A stretch of DNA of 64,000 nucleotides from Rhynchobatus australiae (GCA_034780895.1 JAUZTB010000083.1:3932019-3996018); one strand, 5' to 3'; positions 14,540 through 28,311 are shown, counted from the stretch's first letter. Notes: generated by a model not told the origin, from the sequence alone. Program-made: numbers and translations.

Positions 14540-15385
14540 TGGCTTGTTATTGTCACATTATTGAAAAGCTTTTATTTGCATGCCATCCAGACAGATCATT
14601 CCATACGTAACTACAATGAGGTTGTCAAAAGGAAGAACAGAATGCAGACTATAGTGTTGCAGTTACAGAAAGTGCAGTGCAGCAGACAGTGCAAGGGCCG
14701 CGANNNNNNNNNNNNNNNNNNNNNNNNNNNNNNNNNNNNNNNNNNNNNNNNNNNNNNNNNNNNNNNNNNNNNNNNNNNNNNNNNNNNNNNNNNNNNNNNN
14801 NNNTGCAGAATATAGTGTTGCAGTTACAGAAAGTGCAGTGCAGCAGACAGTGCAAGGGCCGCGATGAGATAGATTAGGAGATCAAGAATTCATCTTTTAG
14901 CATATGAGAGGTCCATTCAAGAGTCTGATAACAGTGGGATAGAAGCTGTCCTTAAGCCTGGTGGTACATGCTAAGGTCCATTCAAGAGTCTGATAACAGT
15001 GGGATAGAAGCTGTCCTTAAGCCTGGTGGTACATGCTGTCAAGCTTTTGTAACTTTTGCCCAATGGGAAACGGGAAAAAAAAGAGAATGACTGGGTGGGA
15101 GGGGTCCTTGATTATGTTGGCTGCTTTCCCGAGAGAAGTGTAAATGGAGGTTATGTGATGAACTGGGCTGCGTTCACAAATCACAACTCTGCAGTTTCTT
15201 GCTCTCTTGGGCAGAGCAGTTGCCATACCAAGCTGTGATGCATCTGGATAAGGATGCTTTCTATGGTGCATCTGTAAAAATAGTTCAGAATTAGAAGTAT
15301 TGGTGTGTTTTCTTGGCCGCAGTGTCCACGTGGACAAATTGGCGATATTTACACCTAGGAACTTGAAGCTCTCAAGCATCCACCT
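14540..15385 (-). mobile_element. Rex1/Babar LINE 3' fragment with 3' UTR
   Basis: ESFKFLGVNI, KAANIIKDPSHP; UTR shared with 23435-23760, 52942-53100 (-) and 56520-56740 (+). Confidence 0.8.
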
Positions 15386-15980
15386 TGGCACTATTGCACA
15401 ACAACCAACCAGAATGTAAAAAGCTGCAGAGAGTAGTGGACTCTGCCCAATACATCATGGGTACATCCCTCCCCACCATCGGTAGTATCTACAGGAGGCA
15501 CNNNNNNNNNNNNNNNNNNNNNNNNNNNNNNNNNNNNNNNNNNNNNNNNNNNNNNNNNNNNNNNNNNNNNNNNNNNNNNNNNNNNNNNNNNNNNNNNNNN
15601 NACTCTGCCCAATACATCATGGGTACATCCCTCCCCACCATCGGTAGTATCTACAGGAGGCACTGCCTCTAGAAGGTAACATCCATCATCAAAGATCCCC
15701 ACCATCTGGGTCATGCCATCTTCTCGCATCAGGCAGGATGTACAGAAGTCCACCAGGTTCAAGAAACCAGGTCCCTTCAACCATTTGTTTCTTGAATCAG
15801 CAAAATACCATGACTATTTTAATCACTTTGCACTAAAGTGGACTGTTTTTGTTTTGTAAATAGTGTATAATTTACGTTTAATTTATGTTTACCTTGTGAA
15901 TGCTGCTCATGTGCTATGTGCCTGTGATGCTGCTTCAAGTAAATTTTTCATTGCACCTGTGCATATGACAGTGCACTCGA
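15386..15980 (+). mobile_element. Rex1/Babar LINE 3' fragment (other subfamily)
   Basis: ECKKLQRVVDSAQYIMGTSLPTIGSIYRRHCL; UTR similar to the 10281-10480 copy. Confidence 0.85.
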
Positions 15981-18900
15981 CTCTGACAATTTTCCACATT
16001 GTCCGATAGATACCAGTGGCAGTGTTGCTGTGCTGAATAAATTTGGTTGGAACTGCAGCTAATTTTGGAGAGCAGACCTTCCCTTGGATGTTGTCAGGTC
16101 CCATAACCTTTGTCTTGTCCAGTGCTCTCAGCTGTTTTGTGCTGTCACATGAAGGGAATCAAAGACTGGATTTTCTGATTGCTGGAATCTCATGACAGGG
16201 CTGAGTTGCATCTATCCAGCACTTATGGCTGAGCACAATTGTGGTTACTCAGTCTTTGTCTTCGGCGCTTGCATGCTGAGCCCTGACAAAATTTAGGATG
16301 AGTCTTTTCCACCCACCGAGTGTTTAATTATCAGCCACCATTCACAACTAGATATACAAAGCTTTGACCTGTTGGAAGTGGGATTATTTACCTTTGCATG
16401 CTGTTCTTGGTTAGCACACATGTAGTCCTATGCTAGAACTTTACTGGGTTGGCAGCTCACATCTGCTGCCTCGTTCCATATGCCTTCTGCATTCATTCAA
16501 TCGGGATTCAATCCTTAGCTTGTTTGTAAGGGTAGAGTGAGAGATACCACCCCAGGAGGTTGCAAATTATGATAGTCCACAGTGTTTTATGGATGTCTAG
16601 CTTTCAGCTGGCTAATCTGATAAAAGTATTTCCTAATGTGAAGACCAGGCGTTGCCTGCACAGGATCTGTATGCGATCAATACACACATGATTGCACTGG
16701 CATTCTGCCACACGTAGAATGGTGAGACAAAGTCCATCAGTTTTATTCTTTTGTTCTCTCATTACCTGCGATAGACTCAGTCTGGCAGCTGTGGCACATT
16801 TAGTCTATGGGGGTGCTACCAAACCACTAGGTGATGGAGAGAGAATTGCATACTTTCGGTCCTGCTTCAAGTGCTGTTGAATATGTAGGAGCATTGAATC
16901 ATCAGCTGAGGAAGAATTGTAGATGTTAATTGGGGGAAGTCTCTGACCATGTCGAACCCAATGCCATGTGACTTCAGGAGGTCAAAATTCAGTGTTGTAG
17001 ACTCCCAATTCTACTGCCTCCTGCCTGTATACCACTGTACCACCACTCCTGCAAATGGAAGACTATGACCCAGAGATTGTGGTGCGGTTATATGGCACAT
17101 TGTTCCAGCTATGTCTGTTTATTGATTGAATAGTCTGCAAGACTGCTCTCCCAATTAGGACACACATCCCTAAATATTTGTGAGCAGTTCATTGCAAGAT
17201 TTACTGGGAAACAGCCTTTGCCTTGTCTGAATCTGGTCAATGCCTGGTTTTATCCTTTTTCATTTTAATGTAGCAATGATGATGCAACTGAATGGCTTGC
17301 GAGGTAACTAACTGCTGTAGGTCCAGAGTTGCATGTCGGATAAGAACAGCAGATTTATCCCTTTTGAAGGACATAAGTGAGAAAATTGATTTTGTTTTTA
17401 AGTTTAAATTCATTTGGATTTCTGATCTGTTAGTCCAGGTCTGTTGGCTATTCATCTGGTAACTTACACACCAAACATTTTTTAAATGAAATGCCAGTGA
17501 CCATATTACTTAACTGTGTCCTTAAATGCAATGCTTTAATGTTATTGTAGTGACAGTAGCTTTACTTTTGGTGTTATTACTGGCCATTGCTCTTCTGTGT
17601 GTCCCTGGCAATTTCTAAAAATCTAAAACATCCATGTTTTTTCTCTTTTCTGCATCTGCTGAGTTGAAACCGTTGTACAGATTGCCTGCCTTAATAGCTA
17701 ACTGGATCTTCTCCCTACTTCCACCCCTTCCTACTGTAATCTTCAAGCTTTTGAAAGCCAAGATTGATGTTTAATGATGGCTTCCCTTCTAACCACTGTA
17801 CATATCTGTATTGCGTTTTGGCTTATCAGAAGGGAGGAAAAATGGCTATGATCCAGTGAAACATGGGTCCAATCCAGCAATGTAGGTTCTACAAATAAGT
17901 CTACTGTTGAGGTTTGTTGACTCTGGTTAGGAGGAAGAGGGAAAGGAAGAGAGAATTCTTTCTTCATGCATTCAGAATTTTTTTTACAGAGATCAGACTT
18001 GTTTTTTGTGCCATTTAGCTTGTTTTGAGGGGAAAATATCAAAAATCAGTAGAAATATCATGTGCAACAAATCTCACACTGTTCCACGTGGACAACTAAA
18101 AGAGACCACTTCCTGAAACTATATCATACTCCTGTAAAAGATGGACTTCCATGTCCTTGATCTGTTACTATAGCTGAAAAGCTATATTCCAAATGGAAAA
18201 TGAATTTTCTACTGAGTTTTATTGAAGTAATTTGCCAGAATTGTTATTTTGAAATAGTAAAACTGCTTTTAACAAAATTGGTTAACTTACCAATTTTACA
18301 CATCTCTGTTTAAAAGAATTTTGTCAATATGTCTGTTTCCATATGCATGTGTATGCTCCCATTTGTGCTCAAAATAGAAGGCAATTATTTTCCACTTGCA
18401 TATATTGACATTGCTATTCATGGCATGAGTGGTGATAATTGGGTAATACCCCAGGAGAGTTTATAACCGAAAATCATTGTGATAAATTTTAAACAGAATT
18501 TATGTAATGATAACGATAATTTATAGGCAAAATCAGCCTGTTTGTATTTAAATTTAGTGTGGTTTTTTGTTTCCTNNNNNNNNNNNNNNNNNNNNNNNNN
18601 NNNNNNNNNNNNNNNNNNNNNNNNNNNNNNNNNNNNNNNNNNNNNNNNNNNNNNNNNNNNNNNNNNNNNNNNNNNATTTATTGTGGTTTGTTGTTTCCTC
18701 TGGTTATGGACTGGACTGCAGATGGTTTCCCCTATAATAGGCTGTTAGCTGAAAGTCATGTGCAAGTCCTACCCCATCTTCAACTCATTGGCTGTCATGG
18801 TGCTTTTGTAGTCATAATTATTTTCCACCATGTCTGTGCTCTGGTTCCCATTGGGTGAAGTTTTCTTCTGTGCATTTATAAGGTTGCTTTGTATAGTTTG

Positions 18901-19061
18901 GTGTAATTAGTGTCTTTAGACCATTACCATGTTGCAAATAGATCTAAGGGTGGAAAAATTGCTCCTTTTTACCACTTAGTATAATGCACAACTTGGTCAT
19001 TCTAAGCTGGCAATTCCATTAACAGAAATGCTGATATTTTTTTTTCTTCTCCTTCATCCAG

Positions 19062-19118
19062 GGTCGCCATGTCAAAACAGGACAGCTTGCAGCCATCAAA
19101 GTTATGGATGTCACAGAG
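19062..19118 (+). CDS. MINK1: MINK1-like kinase exon 3 (GRHVKTGQLAAIKVMDVTE)
   Basis: Pyrimidine tract + CAG acceptor, GAG|GTATGG donor, 57 nt; contains kinase subdomain II AAIK lysine. Confidence 0.95.
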
Positions 19119-20229
19119 GTATGGAAATCTTTTGATTTATTGTAGTTACAATGAACTACCTGTCATTGCTGAACAATATTCCTGAAAGTTAGAGCATGAT
19201 GAAAACTTTCTGCTTAAATTTCTATTAAACTTTTAATATAGTTTATTTAGAACATTTTAAAATATTATCTAGAAGCATGGAAATTATTAAAAGAAAAAAG
19301 ACCAAGATCTATCTAGTTTGAATTTCTGAGTGGGGCAATGCAAAGACTTGGATAACTGGCAGTTCCATTCATAACTGTCAACATTTGCCACTTAACCAGG
19401 TGGAAGCTTGAAAATCCAAAGACAGAAACCAAAAGCCCTGCTTTCAACCAACCCCCCACCGTCACTCCTTCAGGAAGAGTTCCAACAACATGCCCTTCAA
19501 GTGCTTTGGCTCTCTTAAATTGCCTTAGTTTTAAATGGTGATCACTAGTTCTAAAGTCTCCCACAAGAAGAAGCATGTTTTCCGAACCCAGCAGGATCTT
19601 GTACCTTTCAATAAAGTACCCTCTCAAACTTGAGTGGATGGCCTGTCCAATCTTGGATCTGTCTAGTAAACCTTTCCTGAACTACTACTCCTGCATTATC
19701 ATCTATCCTGTTTAAGAAGAAAAATATTGTATGTAATACCCCAAATGTGTTCTCACCAAAACTTGGGTTGACACAGTTGTAAATACAGCTGTATGAGATC
19801 TGAGAAAATACACACTTATTTTGCAGGTGTATTTTTCAAAGATAAGAATTAGAGTTCCATTAGTGCAGAGGCATTTTATTTCAGTTAAGTCCAACACCTC
19901 CAGGACTAAGCTTCTTCCATGAAACACTGCTTCTTTCATGATAAAACCCACTTTCCTCAGCCTCTGAATTCTAAATGCTTAACACCCATATCTAGATGGC
20001 TATTTGTACATCTGTAGCTCTCACTCCTAGTTGCAGCTGTTCATTTCTAATCACCAGTTTATCTGCAGCTGCAGTTTTTTTTCTGTTTTATAAGCATCAA
20101 GACAGTGGTGAGTGCTCTTCTGAGCACTTAATGCAAAAGTGTAGGTTTACAATACAGCATGTTTCCTCATCTTGTGCCACGTGTACTGTTAAAATTAAAG
20201 CATAGCAAAGTGTATTGCTCTTTTTCTTC

Positions 20230-20480
20230 CATAGTCATAGAGCACAGAAACAGGCCCTTCCAACACCCATCTGCACGAATCCCATTTTACTCTCCCCACA
20301 TTGCCATCAAGTCTCCCCCCACCCACAATTTACAGTGGCCCATTAACCTACCAACCAGCATGTGGGAGGAAACTCAAGCACTTGAGTGAAAGCTCAAACA
20401 CAAAAATGTACCAAAGTCGGGATTGAACCAAGGTCGCTAGAGTTGTGAGGCAACAGCTGTACCCACTGTACCACCCCACC
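20230..20480 (-). mobile_element. V-SINE-like SINE, decayed
   Basis: TTTACAGTGGCCCATTAACCTAC and GGGATTGAACC (B-box reverse) motifs. Confidence 0.65.
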
Positions 20481-21019
20481 ACAGCTCCACAAAACTTTGA
20501 AATTTCTTCCCTCAACAATCACCCCTAGCAATTCTGCTGAACTTTTCTAAAATTAAACCTATTGACACCTAATTCTCCTTCCTGATGTTTCAAGTCTTTC
20601 TCTATCACTGTTATCAAACTTGGTTCTGTGTGATAGGCTCTGACAGTTTCTCAAAAGAAAAGATTCTGTACCAGGGTTACTTGAGGATACCAAGCACAAA
20701 TGAGAAAACAATGGCATTTGTCACATTCAACATACAAATCTCTACCTAACCCCATTATATAAAAAAGCCTATCATCTGCATACCATTCTGATGCTAATAT
20801 ACATACCCTAAGATGCATCATTCTACATTTGAAATAGAATTTGCATTCAGTCAGACTGTACCTTAATGTTAGAGATAATTGGTTTCTGTTTATTTTGTGT
20901 GATAATTGCAAATGTACCAAATGACGGTAATCTTATTTACTGGTGAATACACATCCTTGTTCACCCCTCCCACCCAACATTTGTCCTTAGGGCATTTATT
21001 CCTGTACTTCTAACTGATA

Positions 21020-21332
21020 TCACAGTCAGTGATTCAGGAATGGTACTGCTGCCTCAATTCCAGTGACCCAGGTTCAGTCCTTCTTCCTTGTGTGTGGAGT
21101 TTGCAAGTTCTCCCTGTGGCCACATGGTTTCCTCTGGGTGTTACATTTTCCTCCCATGCCCCGAATGTGCAGGTTGATGGATTAATTGGCCACTGTAAAT
21201 TGCCCCTCATCTGTAAATGAGTGCTAGAATTTGTGGGTGCAGGAATACGGGGAAAATGGTATTAGTGCAAATGGTGGTTGGTATGGACTCTGTGTGCCAA
21301 AGGGCCTGTTTCCATGCTGTATGACTCTATGA
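21020..21332 (+). mobile_element. HE1-type V-SINE with CR1-derived 3' tail
   Basis: tRNA-like head (GACCCAGGTTCAGTCC), V domain GTGTGGAGTTTGCAAGTTCTCCC, tail AAGGGCCTGTTTCCATGCTGTATGACTCTATGAC. Confidence 0.85.
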
Positions 21333-22103
21333 CAAAGCATATTCCCTGATTTGGAAGGCCAATTTGCCAGAGGTCCTTAATTTTGGCAGTCTGCAACAGA
21401 TAATGCTGGCCAATATCTTTAATTAAACATGGAATTCTCTTGAAAGTGAAGTTGACCTTTTTGTGGATTGACAGTTATGTTTGCTTTTTCTAATAAAAAG
21501 CAAACAAAAATTCTGCTCTCTGATTAACACCCACATCTTGGTGTGGGTGTTCATCAGTGAGCCATTGTGCATGCTTGCCATTTGCAGAGTACAATTGCAG
21601 CTCCTCAAAGGGTGTGTAAATGGCTGTATGAGAGATTTTAAAATAAAAAGCCACTCACTGCTAAATGGTGTGAAAATTTCCACCAGAGCCAAAAATGTAT
21701 CTGAAAAATGTTTTCTGCAATGAATTTGAGACCGAAAAGAGATTCTTCAACCCTTATTTGCAGGCCTTCAATTACCTGTTGCCAATTATAACAAAAAAAA
21801 GTGCTCAGAAAATCCCCTTGTAGCCATTACTTGGCCATAAAAAATCTGCATCTTGAATAGAGGCATTTAGTACTTGATGATTTGGTCTGGTATTTTCCTT
21901 TCTTAAAAAAATAACCTATGCTTTCATGTGACTTCTTTAGTCATTAGTTTTCAGTTTTCATCGACTGAGATTTGAGTTCACATACGATAATGCTGAAGGA
22001 ATCAAAGCATTTTATGTGTATATCTGGTGTTAACCTTCTAACTTTCTGTTTTCCCCAACAACCCATAGTGTGCTGCAGACAGGTTTACTCATTTGATCTC
22101 TTT

Positions 22104-23040
22104 CATAGTTATACAGAATTGAAACCTATCATACCAACCAACGTGCCTACATAAACTAATCCCATTTGCCTGCATGTGGCCTATATCCCTCTAAACCTTT
22201 CCTATCCATATACCTGTCCAAGTGTGTTTTTTTTTAAACACTGCAGTTGTAGCTGCCTCAATCACTTCCTCTGACAGCTCGTTCCACATACAGACCACCC
22301 TCTTTGTGGGAAACTTGCCCCTCGGATCCCCTTTAAATCTTTCCCCTTTTAAACCTGAGCCCTCCAGGTTTAGACTGCCCTACCCTGCGGAAAAATATTC
22401 CGACTATTTACCCTTATGATTTTATAAACCTTTAAGGTCACTGCTTGGCCACCTTCAATCCAGGGAAAACAGTCCCAGTCTATCCAGTCTTTATTTATTA
22501 CTCAAGCCCTCCAGTCCTGGTAACATCCTTGTGAATCTTTTCTGCACCCTCTCTATCTTACTCACATTCTTCCTGTAGCATGATGACCAGAACTGCACAC
22601 AATATTCCAAGTGTGGTGCATTAACGTTTTGTTGAGCAGATATTGAGTAGAAAGACCAGTAATCATTGAAGTTTAGATCAGAGGTAATACACATACCCTG
22701 TTGACCCTTCTGGAGGTGCATGCCCAGAATTATATGCAGTACTCCAAAATAGGTCTAACGAGAGCTCTATAGGACTACCAAAACTTGTAGTCCTTCGGTT
22801 TGGCCCCTGTGAGATAGAAACTAGCATTTGATGGACCTTAGTTTGCACCCAAGAACTAGCTTTTAGTAATTTATGTGCATGGATTTTTGCATCTCTTTGC
22901 TCTAGCACAACTTCTACATTCCTTGCTTCGGAAAATACCAATCCTCTAATGGATCCAAGGTGGATGACTTGCATTACCCCACATTGAGTTCCTATCTATG
23001 ACAGTTTTGCTTGCTCAGTCTCTCAATGTCAAATTGCAAT
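22104..23040 (-). mobile_element. CR1 LINE fragments (two pieces)
   Basis: [33 protein letters not shown]. Confidence 0.8.
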
Positions 23041-24439
23041 TTTCATTTTCTGTCCTATGTTAACTTAACTTGGTATCATTGCCATGAAGATGTATAGGAG
23101 TCTCTTCCTTCATCTGATTTGCTTAAATGAAGTAGAAAGCTGAAGCCCCAGTAAAAGTCCTTTGGGGTTATTTCTTCCAAAATAATTCCCTGCCAAATCG
23201 TATAATATCGGCAGTTTTGTGTGTTCACCATTGTGCATTTCTTGTATGGAATCTTTTTGGATGTCTTCAGGAAATCTATTGGAATTCTCTTATCTACAGT
23301 GTTGCCATTTTTAAAGGCAGATAAAACAGTCTGTTCATTTTTTTCCCACAAATTTGTGTGGGCTCTTGCTGGTTTTTAACCATTCAACTGCTGTTTTTTA
23401 ATCTGGTTCTAGAGGTCCCAACAACAAAGATTAAGTATTGGTTTATTATTGTCACCTGTACTGAGATGCAGTGAAAAACTTTCGTTTGTATGCCATCCAG
23501 ACAGATCATTCCATACATATGTACACCAAAGTAGTAAAAAAGGAAAATGCAGAATTTAATGCTACAGTTGCAGAGAAAGTTCAGTGCAGGTAGACAAAGT
23601 GCAAGGGCCATGACAAGGTAGATCGGGAGATCAGGAGTTCATTTTTCAGCGTATACAAGGTCCGTTCAAGAGTCTGACAGCAGCAGGATAGAAGCTGTCC
23701 TTAAGCCTGGTGGAACATGTTTTCAAACATTTGTATCTTCTGTCTGACAGGAGAGGGAGAAAGCCTACAATTTCCGAGTGTATCCTTTCTACCTTTCTTC
23801 CCCAATACACGGGCAGAATCAAGTCTCGGGCTTAACTTTGTTCGCCCTGATAGACCTCACTTCTTATCCCAGTGGCCTGTCATCCTTCTGTGAGCTTGGG
23901 TATTGTGACTGCCTGTTTTTGCCCTTCAAGTTGCACATCTACTTCCATTCACCCACCAATGGGACATGTGTTGTTGATGACAGATGATGTTTGGCCTAAA
24001 TGGCAGCTCACGTTCCGAGGGCCTTTGATGTTGCTTCCATAGTTGGGTGCCTCTGAGCCTTCAAAACTTAAATAATATTTGTACAATTTTTTTAAACTGC
24101 TTAGTGCCGGTTTGAATTTTGACCTGCAAACAACTGTTCATGCTGCTGCCTTAATGGTGAATGGATTCTTTATTATAATGCCAGAATTATCATATAAGCA
24201 TTGTAGAAATAGATTTTAAACTGTTTTTATCCTCTAAAAATATAAACTTAGCAACCTGAATTTTTAATTAAAGAAAATCCTGGTAAGAAGTTTAAAGAAA
24301 GTTTTAAGAGATTTAGCAAATGTAGAGAATACACAAGCTCAGGGCTACATGGTACCTCATTACTGTGGGCATCTAAATCTGTCAATCACTTTATGTGCAG
24401 TCACCATTGCTTTGGAAGCAAACTTGGTATAGTTGTGGC

Positions 24440-25250
24440 TAGTTCAGAATGGCAGGATATAGATCAGCTGGAAATTTGGGCAGAGAAATGGCAGAGCATG
24501 AGGTGTTGCATTTTAGGAGATCAAATGCAAGAGGGAAGGTACAGTAAATGGCAGGACCCTTAGGAGCATGGCCTACAGACGGATCTTGGGATGCAAGTCC
24601 ACAGCTCCCTGAAAGTGGCAACACAAGCGGATAGGGTGGCAAAGAAGGTATACAGTGTACTTGCCTTCATCGATTGGGGCATTGAGTCTAAAAGTTGGGA
24701 AGTCATGTTGCAGTTGTATAACACATTAGTTAGGCCATGTTTGGAGTATTGTGTGCAGTTCTGATTGGTACACTACAGAAAGGATGTGGAGGCCTTGCAG
24801 AGGGTGCAGAAGTTGTTCACCAGGATGTTGTCTGGATTGAACTTAATGAGCTCTAAGTAGAGGGTGGACAAACTTTCAGATGGAGTATTGGAGGCTGAGG
24901 GGTGACCTGATAGTATATAAAATTATGAGAAGCATAGATAGAGTAGACATTCTTTTTTCAAAGGATGGGTATGTCAAATGCTGCAGGGCATAGATTTCTG
25001 AGAGGGCGAAAGTTTAAAGGAGAAGTGCGAGGCAAGCTTTTTTTAATGCCAAGAGTGATAGATGCCTCAAGTGCATTGCTGGGGGAGGTGGTGGAAGCGG
25101 ATACGATAAATACATTTAAGAGATATTTAGACAGGTACGTGAACAGGCAGATACAGACTGTGTGCAGCCAGATAGTTAGATTGGCGTGATGGTTGGCACA
25201 GACATGGTGGGGCCAAAGGGCCTGTTCCTATGCTGTACTCTTCTATGTTA
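24440..25250 (+). mobile_element. CR1 LINE 3' fragment
   Basis: Post-RT region through AAAGGGCCTGTTCCTATGCTGTACTCTTCTATG tail. Confidence 0.88.
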
Positions 25251-25469
25251 ATTGATTTGCACACAGCAGGATCCCAGAAATAGCAATGGATGATTGGCCA
25301 GGTGGTGGTGGTTAAGAGTGAATGTTGAATGAAGATATTGAATGAAATGCCAGCTCCATTTCTAAAGGTGCCAGGGGGTATTATACAACCTGAACAGGTG
25401 ACTTAGCCTGGGTTGTTTTAAAATCTTATGTACAGGAGTGCAAATGAAAAATGCTGATTTGATTTTTTA

Positions 25470-26500
25470 CTTCATTAAAAGCACACAGAATCCAAACGAG
25501 AGTGGAAAATTGGATCCACAAATTGGCTTTGTGACAGGAAGCAAAGGCAATGTTTGACTTGTTTGAATAACCAAATGACTGTTACCACTGTGGTCCTGAA
25601 GTTCTGTCTCTTGTGCACGAGGCATGCTTAAAACAAAAATTTGCAGATGACACAAATATTGGGCATGTGATAGACACGGAATGGAAGACTATAGATTGCA
25701 GGAAGCTATAGATGAACTGGTCTGTTGGACAGAATAAGGGCAAATGGAAGATTATCCACAGAAAAATGAAGTAATGCATTTGGAGAACTCCTACATTGAA
25801 AGGGAAAATACAATAAATGGAGGGATAGCAAATGATGTGGAGCAACAGAGGGGTCTTGGACTCTATGGCACCAATTCTTAGAGGTAGCATGGCAGGTCAG
25901 TAAGGTGGTTAAGAAGATCTAAGGGTTGCTTTCCTTTGTTAGCTAAGGCATAGAATAGAAGAACTAGGAGGTTGTATAAGAACTGTTAACAACACTGATC
26001 AGGCCACGGCTTTGGCACAGCACTCGTACTAGGAAAGAAATGATTATACTGGTGAGGGTGTAGAGGAGATTTCCACAGACGTTTTCATGACTGGAGAATT
26101 GTAGTTGCAGGAAAACACTGGATATGTCCTCTTTGGAATAGAGGAGGATGTGAAGGGACTTATTTGATGCATAAAATTGAAGCACATTAAATAGCAAAAA
26201 CAAAAGAAAATGCATGTGCTGGAAATAAAATAAAAACAGAAAATACAGGAAATACTCAGCAGGTCAGACTGGATCCGTGGGAAGGCAAACAGTTAACCTT
26301 TCAGATCGAAGGCACTGCATGAGAACTGTTTCTCTTCCCACAGATGCAGTCTGACTTGTTGAGCATTTCCAACATTTCCTGTAAGAATAAATGGGAAAGT
26401 CCTATTTCCTTTAACAGAAGGGTCAAAATCTAGGGAACATAGGTTTAAAACAAGTTGAGAATTGGAATGGAAATGAGGAAATACCTTTTCAGCCAGGTAG
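25470..26500 (+). mobile_element. Decayed CR1 LINE interrupted by a Penelope-derived hairpin
   Basis: KFADDTNIG motif at ~25640; CR1 resumes after 26385. Confidence 0.75.
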
Positions 26501-26804
26501 GGTTCAGAAACCTGCTGCCTAAAGCAGCTCTGAGTTTGAGGAAGCTACTGATTCCATCCTGGACCCCAACAAGCCACTTTACAGAGCAACTTAATGTGGC
26601 TTTACAAAAGATCAGAGAGCATGTCCACACAATTCTTGAAACCCAAGCAACTTGCAGGNNNNNNNNNNNNNNNNNNNNNNNNNNNNNNNNNNNNNNNNNN
26701 NNNNNNNNNNNNNNNNNNNNNNNNNNNNNNNNNNNNNNNNNNNNNNNNNNNNNNNNNNGCCCTGCTGACTGGACCTGGAGAATTTTGCAGAGATAACATT
26801 GGTG

Positions 26805-27338
26805 ACAACATACAAACGGCTGGAGGAACTCAGCAGGTTGAGCAGCATGTGTGGGAGGAAAGAAACTGTTGATATTTCGGGTCGAAACCCTGCATCAGGA
26901 TTCTCCTCGTACCTCAACTCCATCCTGTCTCCCCTTGTCCAGTTTCCTCCCACCCATATCCGGGACACCTTGCATGGCCTCCTCCATTTGGACAACTTCC
27001 AATTCCCCGGCCCCCACTGCCTCGCCTTCACTATGGACGTCCAGTCTTTATACACCTCTATCCTCCATCAGGAAGGTCTTAAAGCCCTCTGCTTCTTTCT
27101 GCAACAAAGATCCAACCAGTTGTCCTCCACCAACACACTCATCTGCCTGGCTGAACTTGTTCTTCCCCTGAACAACTTCTCTTTTGACTCCTCTCGTTTC
27201 TTTAATGAGTCCCAATGCAGGGTTTCCACCCGAAAGGTCGACAATTTCTTTCCCCCCACAGATGCTGCTTGACCTGCTGAGTNNNNNNNNNNGATTGTTT
27301 GTTGCTCCAGGTCCCAGCATCTGCAGTCTCTTGTGTCT
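26805..27338 (+). mobile_element. Internally deleted Penelope-like element: inverted terminal repeat, RT fragment, terminal repeat
   Basis: SSYLNSILSPLVQ..HIRDT..FTMDVQSLYTSI..EGLKAL..LAELVLPLNNFSFD is a PLE RT segment; flanks are reverse complements. Confidence 0.85.
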
Positions 27339-27339
27339 A

Positions 27340-28310
27340 ACATTGATGGCGCATCTCCAGAACTTTGAGGTGCATGCTGCTCATCAGGACAACAAGGATC
27401 ACTGCTGCCTGGAAGTTTTGTGCTGAAGCCCTGATCTTCAAACACCCTATTCTTGAGACATCCAAAGGCACACTGAAGGCTAGGGTGAATTTCAGCATCA
27501 ACATCTGTCGGCTCCTGAGATATGGGAAGTGATCCAAATTTTTCATGATCTCCTTGTGGCAGGCACCTAAGATATAGGAACAGAATATGGCCATTCGGCC
27601 TATCGAGTCTACTTTGCCATTCAATCATGGCTGATCATTTCTTCAACCGCATTCTCCCACCTTCTCCCTGTGGTCTTTTACTAATCAAGGACCTATCAAC
27701 CTCTGCCTTAAATGCACCCAATGACTTGCCCTCTACTGTGGCAACAAATTCCACATATTCATCACCTCCCTGGCTGAAGAAATTCCTCCTCAACTCAGTT
27801 TTATAGGGATATCTTTTTATTCTGAGGCTGTGCCCTCAGATCCTAGACTCTCTTACTAATTGAAGCATCTTCTCTACGTCCATTCTATCCAGGCCTTTCA
27901 GTATTTGGTAGGTTTCAATGAGGCCTTCCTCTCCTGTTGTGCAGGAGAGTCAGATTGGTAGTGGACCCTTGGCTTGCAGATATTGAGAAAAAGGCCCATC
28001 TTCTCATCTGCTTCACTGAGTCAGCTGAACATGACATAGAGCTCTGGCTCCAAGCACATTACGGGCAAGGGTCATCTACTGAGGTTGGGCGCCCTTAATT
28101 CCGGGAAGGAATCAAGGTAGGTTGAAGAGTTTCCCATTATCCCTGTAGATTAGTTCCATGGCTGCATGAAGCTTGTTGGAAGTGAGATGCAATATTGTGG
28201 GAAACCTTGGGATGGTGATTCAGCAATGCTTGACACCAGTCTGCACCGAGATTATCTCTGTTGTGGACCTGTTGGTTAGGGTCAGGGCTTTACTCATTGG
28301 AGAGAAAGAG
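27340..28310 (-). mobile_element. RTE-clade LINE fragment interrupted by a CR1 tail (27570-27925)
   Basis: TNRSTTEIISVQTGVKH, ELIYRDNGKLFNL, LDHFPYL..DVDAEI..AFGCLKNRVFEDQ. Confidence 0.8.
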
Positions 28311-28311
28311 G

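Noticed and set aside
13894-15663. Direct repeats on both sides of 100-N gaps (also ~11000/11130, 30342/30468, 34990/35113, 38492/38606)
   Set aside because: Identical sequence flanking fixed-size gaps is an unmerged contig overlap, not a biological repeat or CRISPR-like array
1-19061. Search for exons 1-2 (..DLS.LR / [22 protein letters not shown])
   Set aside because: Not found by eye; probably upstream of the window, though a gap such as 9918-10280 cannot be excluded
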